DNA from: Octopus sinensis
Lineage: Eukaryota
Length of the DNA stretch: 64,000 bases
Assembly (NCBI RefSeq): GCF_006345805.1
Contig: NC_043011.1
Location: 38,080,464 to 38,144,463 of the forward strand
Direction: 5' to 3'
Positions within the stretch are counted from its first letter, which is position 1. Each line of letters starts with the position of its first letter. The notes under the pieces were generated by a model, which saw nothing but the letters and a program-made list of their open reading frames with translations, did no database searches and had not been told where the DNA came from. Positions 1 through 12,987 of this stretch are shown here, in pieces. The position numbers and the translations under genes are program-made.

Positions 1-771
1 CTAATACTATTTCTTGAAAATTTAATATTTTACAATAACTTAACCCGTGTGTTAAGTGAATAAATAGATTGTAAAACTATATATCTCGCCTGAAAATGAT
101 GTCCATACAATTCCAGCATGGCAATGTGGTTAAGACGTTTCCTTCGTTTTTATGATATTTTGTGTTCATTCTCCGTCGGTGACATTTAATGAAAACACAG
201 AAATTGTTTAGATTATATTAGAAAGTTAGTGTTTATTTACCCAATATTAGTCTGTGTTCAGCAAACTATGGCTTATAGGAATTCGACATATCACACAGCC
301 ATACATATATCTTCTCATCCTTTTGGTGGCGTGATAAGGAAGACGGCACGATATATAGTAATGCCTTGGGCATTTCAAACATGGTGGAACTCTCTTTGTC
401 CGGGTCTGATCTTAAACAATATCTTCCCGCTCTAGGGTCAAGCGTGCCCATGCGGGTTTGATATTATGCTAAAAGAAACAATCGAAAACTAAATTATTGA
501 ATGTATATTTGTTTTATAAAAGAGGTAATTTTTAGGAACTTTACGTCTGTTACTTATAGCTGGAGGAATGATCTCGCACGATCAAAGGTTAGTGAAATGC
601 TACACTATGATAACCAATAGCACGTACGTGAACTAGAGTGATTAATGTTGAGTGACTCAGTCATGAACGTAATAGTGAAAAGGGAGTTAACTACACGCCA
701 TTCATGGCTCTTAGAAACGTAAATAAGCCGCATATGTATTTTTTTACCCCAAAGCTTTACTCATACGATTT

Positions 772-947
772 CTATTATAGGCACACGGCCTGAAATTTTT
801 GTGAGGAGGGAGATAGTCAACTAGATCTACCCAAGTACACAACTGGTACTTAATTTATCGGCCCCGAAAGGATGAAAGGCAAAGTCGACCTTGGCGGAAT
901 TTGAAATCAGAATGTAACAGCAGATAAAATACTGTTAAGCATTTTGC
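772..947 (-). mobile_element. tRNA-like SINE, family D (central GGTCGACTTTGCCTTTCATCCTTTCGGGG domain), partial
   Basis: Same core sequence recurs at ~12795, 13831, 19455, 24500, 33505, 37430, 50010 and 60062. Confidence 0.8.
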
Positions 948-1212
948 ATACACACAAACACAAGGGCATGGGCAGATATTCCGTTGAGTTTAAGATGTAG
1001 AGTTTTTCTCTGATTTTTTTTCACAGTTTTGTTTAGTTGCTGAGTTAATTATGCCGTCCAATGAATGTCACTAAACATTAGTAAACTATTTCACCAGAAT
1101 ATTTCAGTTATTTCCGTTTTGTAGATATTTTTTTCAAAATAAGTTTAGGTTCTTTTAAACATTGAATAGTAATGTATATATATATATGTATATATATATA
1201 TATGTGTGTGTA

Positions 1213-1401
1213 GATCGTTAGCCACTACACACATTTTTTCTCTCCTTGTTTCTCACCTTGTGTTTTCTGTGTCCCTTTCTGTTGAAGAGCGTAGGCTCGA
1301 AACGTAAAAGACTTTTTCTATTCCTGTGCGTTATACTAATACATCTGTTTGTTCTGCACACCACTTGTCTTCGTCTTTTGCTTTTTTCGTAAACTCTCCC
1401 T

Positions 1402-1402
<1 letters not shown>
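1213..1402 (+). mobile_element. PLE-terminal-repeat-like short element carrying an HHR-like motif (CUGUUGA family)
   Basis: Homologous to 37990-38203 (+) and 44928-45120 (-); abuts (TA)n-type tracts; HHR-like fold at 1271-1312. PLE origin is inferred. Confidence 0.65.
1271..1312 (+). ncRNA. Minimal type I hammerhead-like motif, CUGUUGA core variant
   Basis: CTTT|CTGTTGA|A|GAGC-GTAG-GCTC|GAAA|CG|T|A|AAAG: stem I, stem II with tetraloop, palindromic ACGU stem III. Confidence 0.55.
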
Positions 1403-1447
<45 letters not shown>

Positions 1448-2254
1448 TGTATGTATATATACATAGATACATACTTACATACGTGGATACATATGTATAT
1501 ATGCGGTGCTATATGTGCATGTATGTAGGTGGATTATATATATTTGTGATTGATAGTGTAAATTCGACATAAAGTTAATTGCTTGAACTTTGATTATCAC
1601 ATATATTCATTTTTAAACGGTCGGCCATCATTGACTTTGAGAAGAAGGGAGACGAGTGTATGAGACGCGTGGCTTCTATCCTAAGGTTATTAACCGATCA
1701 AGTGAAATATGATTGGCAAAAGGGAGGATCAAATAGTGCAGCATAGATGCTGATCATCAGTTGTTTAACCTAGTCTCTGCATGAGTATGGAATGTTGCTG
1801 TAATTTTATTTTTGTAAAGGATGTGTGCGGTTCTGTGTGGTTGTATTTCTTTTCGTTATCTTGTGTGGATATTTTGTCGAAAGGATGGTGAACGAGTCAA
1901 ACATAAAATAAGTGAATGAGATTAAGAGATATATGGATAGCGTAGATGAAAAAGAAAATTGTTTTTTGAGATATTACGAAAGACAGAGAGGAAGAGAGAG
2001 GAAGAGAGAGGAAGACAGGTGAAAACAACATAGAAAATTAGCACAATGTTTAACTTAACATAGTGAACTCTATTAACAAACGAGAAAGCATAAAGGAGAA
2101 AGCGTCTTTCCGAATCTAATAGACTTACAGGGTTGGTTTCTCGTATATTCTGGCATATATGCTACATACACAACGAGATGCTGGTTAATCGCGGGATTAC
2201 TCATATTTTTGTGAACCGAATGAACAGGAGCAAACGGGAAATGAAATATTTTGC

Positions 2255-2598
2255 TCAAAAGCAGAATGTATTGCCCAGTCCAGGAATCGAAACCACAATC
2301 TTAAAATAATGAATCCAAAACCCTGACTACTAAGGCTAAGCGCCTACTCCACTACTACATCTCAAGTCATATAGAATCTTAAAGCCGCTTTCACAGTTTC
2401 CATGGCTCATGTACCCCCTGCCTGGATGGGACGCCGGTGCAGATCAGGAGTACTCATTTTTGCCAACTGAGTGGACTGGAGTAACGTGAAATGAAGTGAT
2501 TTGCTCAAGAATAGAACACATCGGTGGGTCCAGGGATTGAAACTGTAACATTACGATCATGAGCCCGGCGCCCTAACCACTAAAGTCATGCGTTTCCA
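2255..2598 (-). mobile_element. Two CORE-like SINE (head B) copies; the second carries tail T2
   Basis: tRNA-like head plus CTTGAGCAAA..CACTTCATTTCACGTT..CTCCAGTCCACTCAG domain, as at 20076 and 46951. Confidence 0.7.
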
Positions 2599-2867
2599 AT
2601 AAAGAACACAAAAAAAAAAAACAGCGAAGACTTCATGTAGAACACTCTAGATTCTGAAATATTCGACACATAGATATTATCAAATATCGTCACGTAAATT
2701 ATAGGAGGAGCGAACGCTGTGTGCTTCATATATTCGCTTCAACGATGCGCGATTTGTGGTTCGGTTCCACAGTGAGGAAATTTGGACAAACGTCATCTAA
2801 TATATACCTATCAAGCTAAGGCTACGCACGGAAAATTTACTGAAATAGCAGTTATTGATATATATAT

Positions 2868-2874
<7 letters not shown>

Positions 2875-2934
<60 letters not shown>

Positions 2935-2947
2935 AGAGAGAGAGAGA
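2875..2947 (+). repeat. (GA)n microsatellite
   Basis: Visible dinucleotide run. Confidence 0.95.
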
Positions 2948-3006
2948 TTGTTAAGAAGGCTAAGGGTGTGCTAGCATCACTCGGTAAGACCTTGTCAGCC
3001 GCTCTC

Positions 3007-5844
3007 GGGTCTATGCGAGTTTATCTAAAGCAATTTCACTAAAACAGAATTGATCTAAATACAATTTGTCTAAAACAATATTAATCTAGAAACAATTTGT
3101 CTAAACACAATCTGACTAAAAAATGGAAATTGTTTCTTTCTGGTGAATTCGTATTTTTTATTCATAATTTATAATTCTTTAGGTTTATAATTACCTGTTA
3201 ACTATTTATAAAAACTTTAGGATTATTTTAATTAAAAATACACCAAAAAAAGATAGTATTCACTGAAAAGACTTATTGAAACTTAAAAGGAATTGTTGTG
3301 TGCTATACCACGAATGTAATCAATAATATTTTGTGGATCAAAATTTTGAACAAGGCTTTTCATTCGTTTTGCAGTATCTCGATAGCGCTTCTTTGGAGGT
3401 TCTGGTTCCATTCTAGCAATATACTGCTGAATCCGAATCCCGTTTAGACTTTTTTCAGTTTGTGAAAAGTTGATAAATTTCCACATGTTGGGGTGATGAG
3501 ACCCAACTTTGGTTTCGAATGTTCGATACCATCCTTTAACAGAATTATTTGTTTGAGACAAATTCTTTCTGTGATGCCTTCCAATCCACGTATCCTCGAA
3601 ATAATGATGGTTCAAGATTCTTTACCTCGCGCGAAAATGTTATATATATTTCTTGTTTCTTCCGGAAATAATACAAACACGAGCAGCATCGAAGCTTTCT
3701 CTTTTACTCCATGTAGGGTATATAAATAGTGAAATAACAGAGGGACTGTTTTAAATGTGCCGTCGTCCTTATCAGCGACTGCTTAGTGATAAACACTGTA
3801 AATTACGTATTGTCGCAAATACCAGAATACTCTACTCAACTGGTCCTGAGTCATAAACCTTTAAAATTGATCACTTTGGTTTCGAATGTTCGATACCATC
3901 CTTTAACAGAATTATTTGTTTGAGGCAAAATATTAAGAACTTTTGAATTCATGTTCCACATATTTAGTTAGAAGAGAGGTGGACGCCGCGCATTCTTTCT
4001 GTGATGCCTTCCAATCGACGTATCCTCGAAATAATCAATGATTTCTTGTGTTCCATCAGGGAAGGTGTTGTTATATCATAATAACATAGACGCTCTTGTT
4101 ACTGTGACTACTGGGACAAATGCTAATGCTGGTAGCATCATCATCACTAAAGCAAAATTAAGGTCCGCTTCATATTTTCGTTGTAAACCATTGCAGTAAT
4201 CCCTGGACTATCGCGGGTGTTATGTTCCAAAATCACCCGCGATAGGTGAAAATCCGCGAAGTAGAAATAGTACTATAATGTATATATTTTTTTGTCATTT
4301 TCATAATTTGTATATATTTATTTTATTATAATTGCTAAACAACACCACATACTTACCTCCCATGTTTGTTTTTCATATAGTATGTGCGATTCTTTGTTTA
4401 CTCACCTACGGTACACTTAGTATTTTCTTTTAATATATTTTGATTAATGTGTTATACAGTGCAGTACTCAACTCTATTTTTATCAATCAATTTATTAATT
4501 TTATGCGTTAAAACGTTAATTTTACCACAGAAATAATTAAAACGTAAAAAAAATATAAATAACTAACGGCCGCAGAAACCCGCGATATAGTGAGGAGACC
4601 GCGATATAAATTTACATATATTAGGCAGAATATTCCGCGATGTACTGAGTGCGCGATAGGTAAATCGCGATATGGCGAGGGAGTACTGTACTTTGAATTA
4701 TACGAAAGAAACATTGGTTGAAGTGGAAAAAGCAACCGTCCTGTTCTGCAGTAGGAAATTCTTTCAAAAATGCTTTCCATCATCGCTTTCTCAAAACCGA
4801 TCGTTATTGATAATGGCGCACATGATGGTTCAAGATTCTTTACCTCGCGCGAAAATGTTATATATATTTCTTGTTTCTTCCGGAAATAATACAAACACGA
4901 GCAGCATCGAAGCTTTCTCTTTTACTCCATGTAGGGTATATAAATGGTGAAATAACAGAGGGACTGTTTTAAATGTGCCGTCTTGCTTACCAGTGACTGC
5001 TTAGTGATAAACACTCTAAATTACGTATTGTCGCAAATACCAGAATACTCTTCTCAACTGGTCCTGAATTATAAACCAGAAATTGATCACCTTTAAAAGA
5101 TTTAGTAAGTTCAGGTGGGAAAACTACTTTATTGCAAGTTGATGGTAGCGCCGGTCAGGTAAGAGTTTGTTGCCTAAATAAATCTTATTGTTCTCTTAAT
5201 ACTTTGCATTTTTGGTAGTTTGGTGGCAAGAGATTGTTAGCAATCATCCAGAACACTAGATACAGCTGCATCGGGTGCATCTTGTGTTAACTTAGCCAGT
5301 TGACGTGGTTTTGAAACGGCTTCTTTTGCTGCAATGTCAGCGGCATCCAATATATCATTATGGTCGTTGGAAGATTTCACAATTTCATCCTTTACAGTAA
5401 TTATGCAAGGACGGCATTTTGTTTTGGATATTTTTCCGCTCTTCCAATAAACGCGTTCACTATTTTCACCACTCTTATGGTATCTATGTCCATTATCAAC
5501 CAACGTCTTACGGCCTTTTTCTGATTCGGTAAATTCAGTAGACATCTTTGGCTATGGGTCTTATTATTTTGAATAATTCCAAATAAGAAATTTATTTTTA
5601 GAAAGCAATTGCTCTTTTTAGTAAACAACTGTTTTTATTCCATATCATCGCAAACAACTATTTATACACAATTCCACTTCCTGCGAATTCATAAAAAAAG
5701 AATCAATCTTTATTTTTTAGTCAAATTGTGTTTTAGACAAATTGTTGAAGGATTAATACTGTTTTAGAGAAATTGTTTTAGACAAATTGCATTTAGATTA
5801 ATTGTATTTTAGACGAATTGTTTCCGACAAACTCGTCGGACACC
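3007..5844 (-). mobile_element. Mutator-like (MULE) DNA transposon with FLYWCH domain; degenerate and internally rearranged
   Basis: 9-bp TSD GCCGCTCTC (2998-3006, 5845-5853); ~120-bp TIRs starting GG with AATTGTTTTAGAC-like subrepeats; FLYWCH-like ORF 5237-5545; DGTFKTVP-LF-YLYTLHG core; YFEDTWIG...TNN..GW...YIRGIAHN C-terminus 3283-3615. Confidence 0.9.
4194..4688. mobile_element. pogo/Tigger-type non-autonomous element (MITE) inside the MULE
   Basis: TIRs CAGTAATCCCTGGACTATCGCG / CGCGATATGGCGAGGGAGTACTG, followed by TA; interrupts the transposase frame. Confidence 0.75.
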
Positions 5845-6344
5845 GCCGCTCTCCAGTTACCTATTTAAAAGTGTATCTGACAACGGTACGTCCACACTTA
5901 GGATTTGCATCACCAGTCTGGAACCCCGACCTTGCTCAGCATATAAATCTCCTGGAAATGTGCAACAAAATGAACACCCGTCGTCAGTCATCAACCATAC
6001 TCTGACGTTTTGTTTACCTGGGTATGGACGCATTGACGCTCAGACGTCTGGCAACTAACTGAGTAGAAACCCACAAGATTATCCACCATCTTTCCAACAA
6101 CAACCTTGGGCAACATTTCGAATTCCATATGATAGACACTCGTGGAAATGAAAGGAAAAACACGGCATCTATAACCTTTCGTAAACATTTTTTCATACTC
6201 AGAACTGCTGTAGCATGGAAAAAACTACCCGCATCACTCCATACTTCCTGAAATCCGGCAACAGTATACATGATGGCTTTATTTATTTGGCTTGCAGTGC
6301 ACCTGAGCACTTTATACAACAACTCATTTCATATTTCGTACATA

Positions 6345-6379
<35 letters not shown>

Positions 6380-6540
6380 GCGTGTGTATGTGTGATTATA
6401 CAAATATTGTCATTAGCCGGATTATAAACAAATAGTTCCATTATTCATATAAAGATATGTTTAAATGTGTAAATATATATATATGGAAGTGTGGACTTCT
6501 GTATGTAATTTGATAAATATATGCATGACAATTACAAACA

Positions 6541-6572
<32 letters not shown>

Positions 6573-7447
6573 ATATATTTAAAGCAAAAAACGACAATAA
6601 TAAGTGTCTCTTCAGCAAAACTACAATTATTGATATTTGAACATAGCTAATAAACATATAAATATATACTTCGATAAACCTCCATTTATACATAGGGGCG
6701 CTTTTCTCTGTATGTGTGCGTGTATCGCCATATTAAGTGTATGCGTTTTATTTGTGTATACATCTGTACACTCATCTTTTCTACAGCATAAGTGCCACTT
6801 GAAATCTTTGAGGAGAGTCAGTGAAACGACACTAATCAATGAGAATTATCCGATGCCTATTGATAAATTCTGATTGAAATGTTATTGCTTCAGTTTTTTT
6901 TTTAATATTGTTCTTTTTTTCTTTTTTATCTATATCTTATGTTTCTAGAATATCACTTCACAAGCACATTGACGAACAGCCGCACGCTCATACGTGTGAA
7001 CGCTCACGCGCACAGACGCACATACGCGCACATGCATACACATTTAACGAAATAATCAGATTTATAGACTTCAGTGTGTTTCAGCCACGAGTCATATAAT
7101 TGATTCGCGTGTCTTATTTTCTTCGACATCTATCACAGCTGTAATGGCGATGTGTCCTATTGACCTACTTAACAATTCGCTTACTCCACAATATCCTATG
7201 AATGTCGTTAGGTCATAAGAAGCGCCAGGGAGAGCTTGGCAGTAGAAGGTCTTCAGAGAAGAACCGCGCCCTACTAATTTTAACTCCTTAGAATATAGAA
7301 AGACCGGACCTGGTTGCATCCAAGCATTGAATCCCTGAATGCCGCTCTGTTGTCATCAACCAGAAAAGCGTGGTAGATTCAACTGCTAGACATAGCAACT
7401 AAATCTGTGGTGCCATTTAAAACGTAAATAGATCATATATATATATA

Positions 7448-7478
7448 TAGATAGATAGATAGATAGATAGGTAGATAT

Positions 7479-7509
<31 letters not shown>

Positions 7510-7523
7510 TACACACAGACAGT

Positions 7524-7602
<79 letters not shown>

Positions 7603-7656
7603 ATAGATCGATAGATAGATAGACAGATATATAGATAGATAGATAGATAGATAGAT

Positions 7657-7696
<40 letters not shown>

Positions 7697-7705
7697 GTAG
7701 ATAGA
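7448..7705 (+). repeat. (AGAT)n microsatellite
   Basis: Visible run. Confidence 0.95.
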
Positions 7706-7744
7706 TCGATCGATCTCTGTGTGTGTGTTCGTGTGTGTGTGTGT

Positions 7745-7850
7745 GTGTTAGCCAAGGCGCGGGGTTTAGTGCTTAGAGACTACAGGCTTGTGATTGTTAG
7801 GTTCGCTACGCGGCGGCGCATTGAGCAAGACACATCACTTCAGTAGGCAA
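7745..7850 (+). mobile_element. CORE-like SINE (head B), 5' part
   Basis: tRNA-like head plus CATTGAGCAAGACACATCACTTCA. Confidence 0.55.
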
Positions 7851-7879
7851 AGGCGAGTAGTATCTGTAATTGAAGTGGG

Positions 7880-8028
7880 AGGACGAGTAAGACAAGGGGG
7901 AGGAGGAGAAGGAGAAAGAGAAGGAGGAACAGGAGGAACAGGAGTAAAAGGTCGAGGACGAAGACAAACAGGAGGAGGAGGAGATGAAGTAAAGCAAGAA
8001 AGAAGGAGAAGAGGAAGAAGAAGAAGAA

Positions 8029-8069
<41 letters not shown>

Positions 8070-8122
8070 AGAAGAAAGAAGAAGAAGAAGAAGAAGAAGA
8101 AGAAGAAGAAGAAGAAGGAGGC
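7880..8122 (+). repeat. Purine-rich tract ending in (GAA)n
   Basis: Purine-only from about 7997 to 8121. Confidence 0.95.
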
Positions 8123-8556
8123 GTGAGGTAGATATATATTTTTAATCTCATCCCGCTACATATTGTCGTGGTTTCTGTATAGCTGCATTAAGTATTAAAT
8201 TCCTAGAATATTTTTGAAGACATTTTATTCGTATACATGCTTTTAGTTCTCTGTTTAGTCAAGTTAATCACGAGATTATATTCAGAGTAAATACTTCATC
8301 AACACCGTTTTATTCCCATAGATATTTAATTCCATTATAAGTTTACTACTTTCATATGTTATGCTTTAATTATTTCTCTGCACATCATTTTCGTTTCCTC
8401 TCCGTGTCATTCTGTAAACTCTGGTAAATATATAATATTTTCCGTTGGGATATATAATTTACTGTATGTCTAGGTTAACCTGCGTATATACCTACACACA
8501 TACACTTATATATGTATATATAGATAGATATGGTGTTAAATATATATATCCGGTCA

Positions 8557-8597
8557 TAGAGTGACCAATGGTTTCCCATTGGACACGTCAGACTCTA
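8557..8597 (-). ncRNA. Type I hammerhead ribozyme with two lesions (A9U, shortened stem II)
   Basis: Minus strand TAGAGT|CTGACGT|GTCCAATGG|GAAA|CC-ATT-GG|T|C|ACTCTA: 6-bp stem I and GUC cleavage triplet. Confidence 0.7.
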
Positions 8598-8862
8598 ATG
8601 GCGACGAGTGTGATTCTTTTTTCGGATATATGATAAACTGACGATTTATATAACATATATATATATATATATACGTGTGTGCGTGTGTATATGGGTACGT
8701 GTGAGTGCGTGTGTGTGTGAGCGCGCACGCGCGTGTGCTTGTGTGTGTATTTCCTTTTAGGACTCCGAGAGGGATGTTCTATAAAGTAGCTGATCGTACA
8801 CGTTCTTTGTTGACCCTTTTTCAACACATACATACATACATAATACATACATACATACATAT

Positions 8863-8930
<68 letters not shown>

Positions 8931-9005
8931 TATATACATATATGCATATGTATACATACACACATTACACACATACATATACATACACACATTACACACA
9001 TATAT

Positions 9006-9069
<64 letters not shown>

Positions 9070-9681
9070 ATACATACATATGCACAATCTATATTTACCT
9101 CCTTCGATACGTTTGATATATTTTTTACTTCAAAACTGTTTCCACTTTCCATTTTCTATTTTTATAGCGTTAACGTTTTAAGGTTTCTACGATAAAATAT
9201 CGTAAAATTGAATAATTATCATTTTATCTATATTTTCTCATTGAATAAGATACACACACTACATTCATTCTGAACATTACTACGGCTCATTTACTTCACT
9301 ACTGATTTATTTCTACACATTATTCTTTTTTTTTTTTTTCTGAAATATATTTTTTGATATTTTTTTTCTGCTTTAAATGTTTTTAAAAATTATACCGTAT
9401 ACTTATTTAGTATCGATATTACGAACTATAATATACGACTGTTAGTCATTTTGAAACGGCGCAGGCACGCTCTGTTGATAACAATCTGGCTTCACAACCA
9501 CTCAGAGTTTCGGATTTAGTGCAAGAGCGTACCAGCCAAAGTAAGTGTTTTCTGCTATAACTCCGAGAGGGCCAATGCCTTGTGGGTAATTTTGGCAGAC
9601 GAAAACTACGTGAGAGCCGTCGTATGTCTGTGACTGTGTGTATGTATGTGTGCATGTTTGTTTTGTGTCTGTCTCTCTGTG

Positions 9682-9750
<69 letters not shown>

Positions 9751-9889
9751 GTCATATCTTTTATCGCTTATTTGTTTCAGTTATTATACTCGGGTCATGC
9801 TGGGGCACCGAGTTGAAAAGTTTGTAGCCGAATGAATCTAAAATCTATTATTCATTATAGCCTAGTACTAACTCTTCGTATTCATTTTA

Positions 9890-10020
9890 TTTATTATTGT
9901 ACTTATCAATCATTTTAGCCTCGGTGACTTTCGCAGAACCGCTAAGATTCAGGAACGTAAACAAACCAACATCAGTGGTCAAGTAGTGATGCGAGGGCAG
10001 AGACTGACACGAAGAGTCAC

Positions 10021-10063
<43 letters not shown>

Positions 10064-10245
10064 CGCGCATGTGTCACACGATGAACTTCTTTCAGTTTCC
10101 TCCTACCAAATTCACTGGCAAGGCTTTGGTCGGCTCGTGGCTATAGTAGAAGACAATCACAGGCACATGAGTAGAAGACACTCGACGAAAGTGCCACGCG
10201 ATGGAACTGATCCGACAACCATGTTGATAGAAAGCAATCTTCATT
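9890..10245 (-). mobile_element. SINE family C with internal microsatellite, degenerate
   Basis: Similar to 20575-20981. Confidence 0.65.
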
Positions 10246-12186
10246 TAATATAATCAACTCACTCGTTTGAAGACTGATTTTTTTTCTTATGAAAGCTGTA
10301 GACCAGACTAACGCAGCAACTAAAATTCTTAGACAAAGGAATGACATAAATTAAAGTGTAAAAAGATATAAAGGAACAATGATAAATATTGTCTTAAAAT
10401 CGCAGTAATTAAAACAAATGGTTAAATATGCGCGTTCTATGAATTTTTTCTAATATTTTTAAAATTTCATATTGAAATTTCCCTCCCGCTGATTATGAAG
10501 AAATGGTTATCTCCCTTGTAAAGACTGCGATCACAAAAGGGAAAGACATGTGTTTAAGAAATTTTTCAGGTCTGCAGAAACTTTGGTGATCCTACATTTG
10601 TCTGTAATTGATTGATGTCTTGAATTTATATTCAGATATATTTTGCGGTCTGTTGTGTTTCTCTTCTGGTTTTTGTTACTTACGTCGAGAAGTCAACTGT
10701 CATCGAGGAGTCCTATGATGGAAGGCGTTTAAGTCATCCTCATTCTTTAATTCTTTCACTTTTGCGGAATATTAGATCATCTAACATTTACATTCTCATT
10801 ATATCTATCCTGTCATGTTTTACGAATACATCGACGAAGTTTTGCTCTCTATATCTAACAAAGTAAGGTTATTATTGTGATGCAACAAATTTAACTGTAT
10901 CATCAAATAGCTGGATGATAAGTACTTTAAGCTTACTCCTATTTTCCACCTCGATCGTGCCCCCAATTTATGATCTCGCAAATTGTTTGGTGCATCAGTA
11001 GAGAAATACCTTTTGTCTTTGCAAAGATAATTGATGTAGGTTCCTGCTGGACGGCTGAAAATTTATATTCCGTGATTTTAAATATCAATGGAAAACTTGT
11101 ACTCTTTCGGTGAAGAGGATGGATTTTTGCAATTGATTCGATGAAGTGAACAGCTTGCTCGTGAAATTAACATGGAAGTGTCTGGACACTCTACAGATAT
11201 GAATACCCTTAATGTATTTCTCAGGGAGATTCAACGTATGACTAGGAACATTAGAGGACAGTATGATGTGATAAAAGCTATAGATAAAATATCACTTCAG
11301 CAATTAAAATTGAACTTAACAATAAGGGAGATTCCAAATGGTGAACAAGTGACTCACAAAACCCGCCAGAAATAGCAGTTTACATCCTCAGATTACAAAA
11401 ATGCTTCTTAGAAAATCGAAGCCACATTGAATAATCTAACTGTAGATATATGCCTGAAATTGAAAGAAGGGGTCGATAAAAGACGGGAGTGCTACATCTA
11501 GAAGCCAATGAGTTAAATTTCTGCGAGTCCAGTTCTGAATTAGGTTAAACAATGCTTTAGTTCCTGAAAATTTTTTTTATCAAGGATTAAGACTGAAAAT
11601 GTTTAAAATTCTAAAACAGTTGTCACCGGTATCGTTTATGTATGATTGGTAACATTGTTCCAACTAGAAGTGAAATGGAGACTTGTCTTAGAGGAACGTG
11701 TAAAGTATTCCAGTAATTTTGATGGATAGCAATACGAGGCAGACCTCTAGTTATTTATTTATTTTATTTATTTATTATTTTTTTTTTTGACAAAATGACA
11801 GTTCAACTGATTTAATAAGCGCAAGCAATTAGTCTGCTACAGAAAACATTAATCACAACATTCTAATTCATCATCATTATTTATTCAATGATTTATATGT
11901 TGTTGTTACTTTCGTTAAATACAATGAAAGGTGTGATGCTGCCTCGACTGTGAGCTGTCTTAATGTAACTGGTGAGAATTAATTCTGCTGTCCTTCATGT
12001 GAATCCATCTATTTTCATCAAACCAGAGAAGAGTCTTGTAACTAACAGAATTAGCAATTCTTTTTTTTATCTTTTACATGTTAGTCGCGCCAGTTATTGA
12101 GCTGCTGCTACTCTGGAGCTCTACTTTGACGAGTTTGGTCGAACAAATCTACCCCAGTACATCTTGCTTAAAATCTGCTATTTATC

Positions 12187-12440
12187 CGGTTTCTATTCCA
12201 AGACCGTGCGTTGTGTGTGTTTATTGAGCGAAAACATCTAAAACTCCACGTGGCTCCGCCAGGGGGTGGTGGAGACCTCAGTTGTACTCTTTCACCCCAA
12301 CTTTCTCTCACTCTTTCTTCCTGTTTCTCGAATAACGCTGCGATGGACTGGCGTCCCGTCCAGCTCGGGGGAACACATTCTCCACAGAAACCGGGAAACC
12401 GGGCCCATGAGCCTTGTTAGGCTTGAGAAGGGCGCATAAA
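12187..12440 (+). mobile_element. SINE head A + tail T2
   Basis: TTTATTGAGCGAAAACATCTAAAACTCCACG body followed by GATGGACTGGCGTCCCGTCCAGC...GAAACCGGGCCCATGAG tail. Confidence 0.75.
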
Positions 12441-12794
12441 TAAATAATAGAAATACGTGTGAATAAATTGTTATTGTTCACGGAATATATAATCTAAGCT
12501 TGTATCGTTATGTTGGAAGCAGGAAATAATAATTGTTTCGAATTTAGGGGCACATCCAGTAATTTCAAAGTAGGGGCCAATCAGCTATATCGATCTCAGT
12601 ACAAGACAATTGATTCTTTTTACAAAATGGCGAAGTCTACTTGAACGCAAACCTAAAGATATATGAGAAAATAACACGAGGAATTTTTGCTCGACATTCT
12701 AACGATGCTACCATTCCACTGCCCTTATATAACAGCTGCTTCTAAAATTGGTTTCATATTTTGAGTTGAATGGTCAGCAAGTTTGAGTGAAGGC

Positions 12795-12958
12795 GGTACA
12801 TCGACCCTACTACTCAACTCGTACTTATTTTATCGACTCCGAAATGATGAAAGCCAAAGTCGACCTCGACGGAGTTTGAACTCTGAACGTAAAAGCGGAC
12901 GAAATGCCGCTAACCGCTAAGCATAGTGTTCGGCGTATTAACAATTCTGACAGCCCAC
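12795..12958 (-). mobile_element. SINE family D
   Basis: AAAGTCGACCTCGACGGAGTTTGAACTC core. Confidence 0.8.
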
Positions 12959-12987
12959 CATTTTTAATTGTTTCTATGATTGGCATA

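Larger units (their letters stand above)
2947..6290 (+). mobile_element. CR1-type LINE 3' fragment (2947-3006 plus 5845-6290) split by the MULE
   Basis: Joining the flanks and correcting one frameshift gives IVKKAKGVLASLGKTFVSRSPVTYLKVYLTTVRPHLGFASPVWNP, later FFILRTAVAWKKLP: CR1/L2 C-terminal motifs. Confidence 0.75.

Noticed and set aside
1560-1900. CUGAUGA plus CAGCA/UGCUG hairpin on the minus strand at ~1735-1761
   Set aside because: No GAAA or stem III follows; at most a decayed PLE end.
6580-6840. CUGAAGA-GACA..UGUC motif (-) and a UUGAGGA..GAAACG motif (+)
   Set aside because: The first lacks GAAA and stem I; the second lacks stem II.
10560-12000. Splice-like signals (TTTTCAG at ~10569, minus-strand GTAAGT at ~10680, GTGAGA at ~11982)
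   Set aside because: The frames are short or closed and show no recognisable homology.
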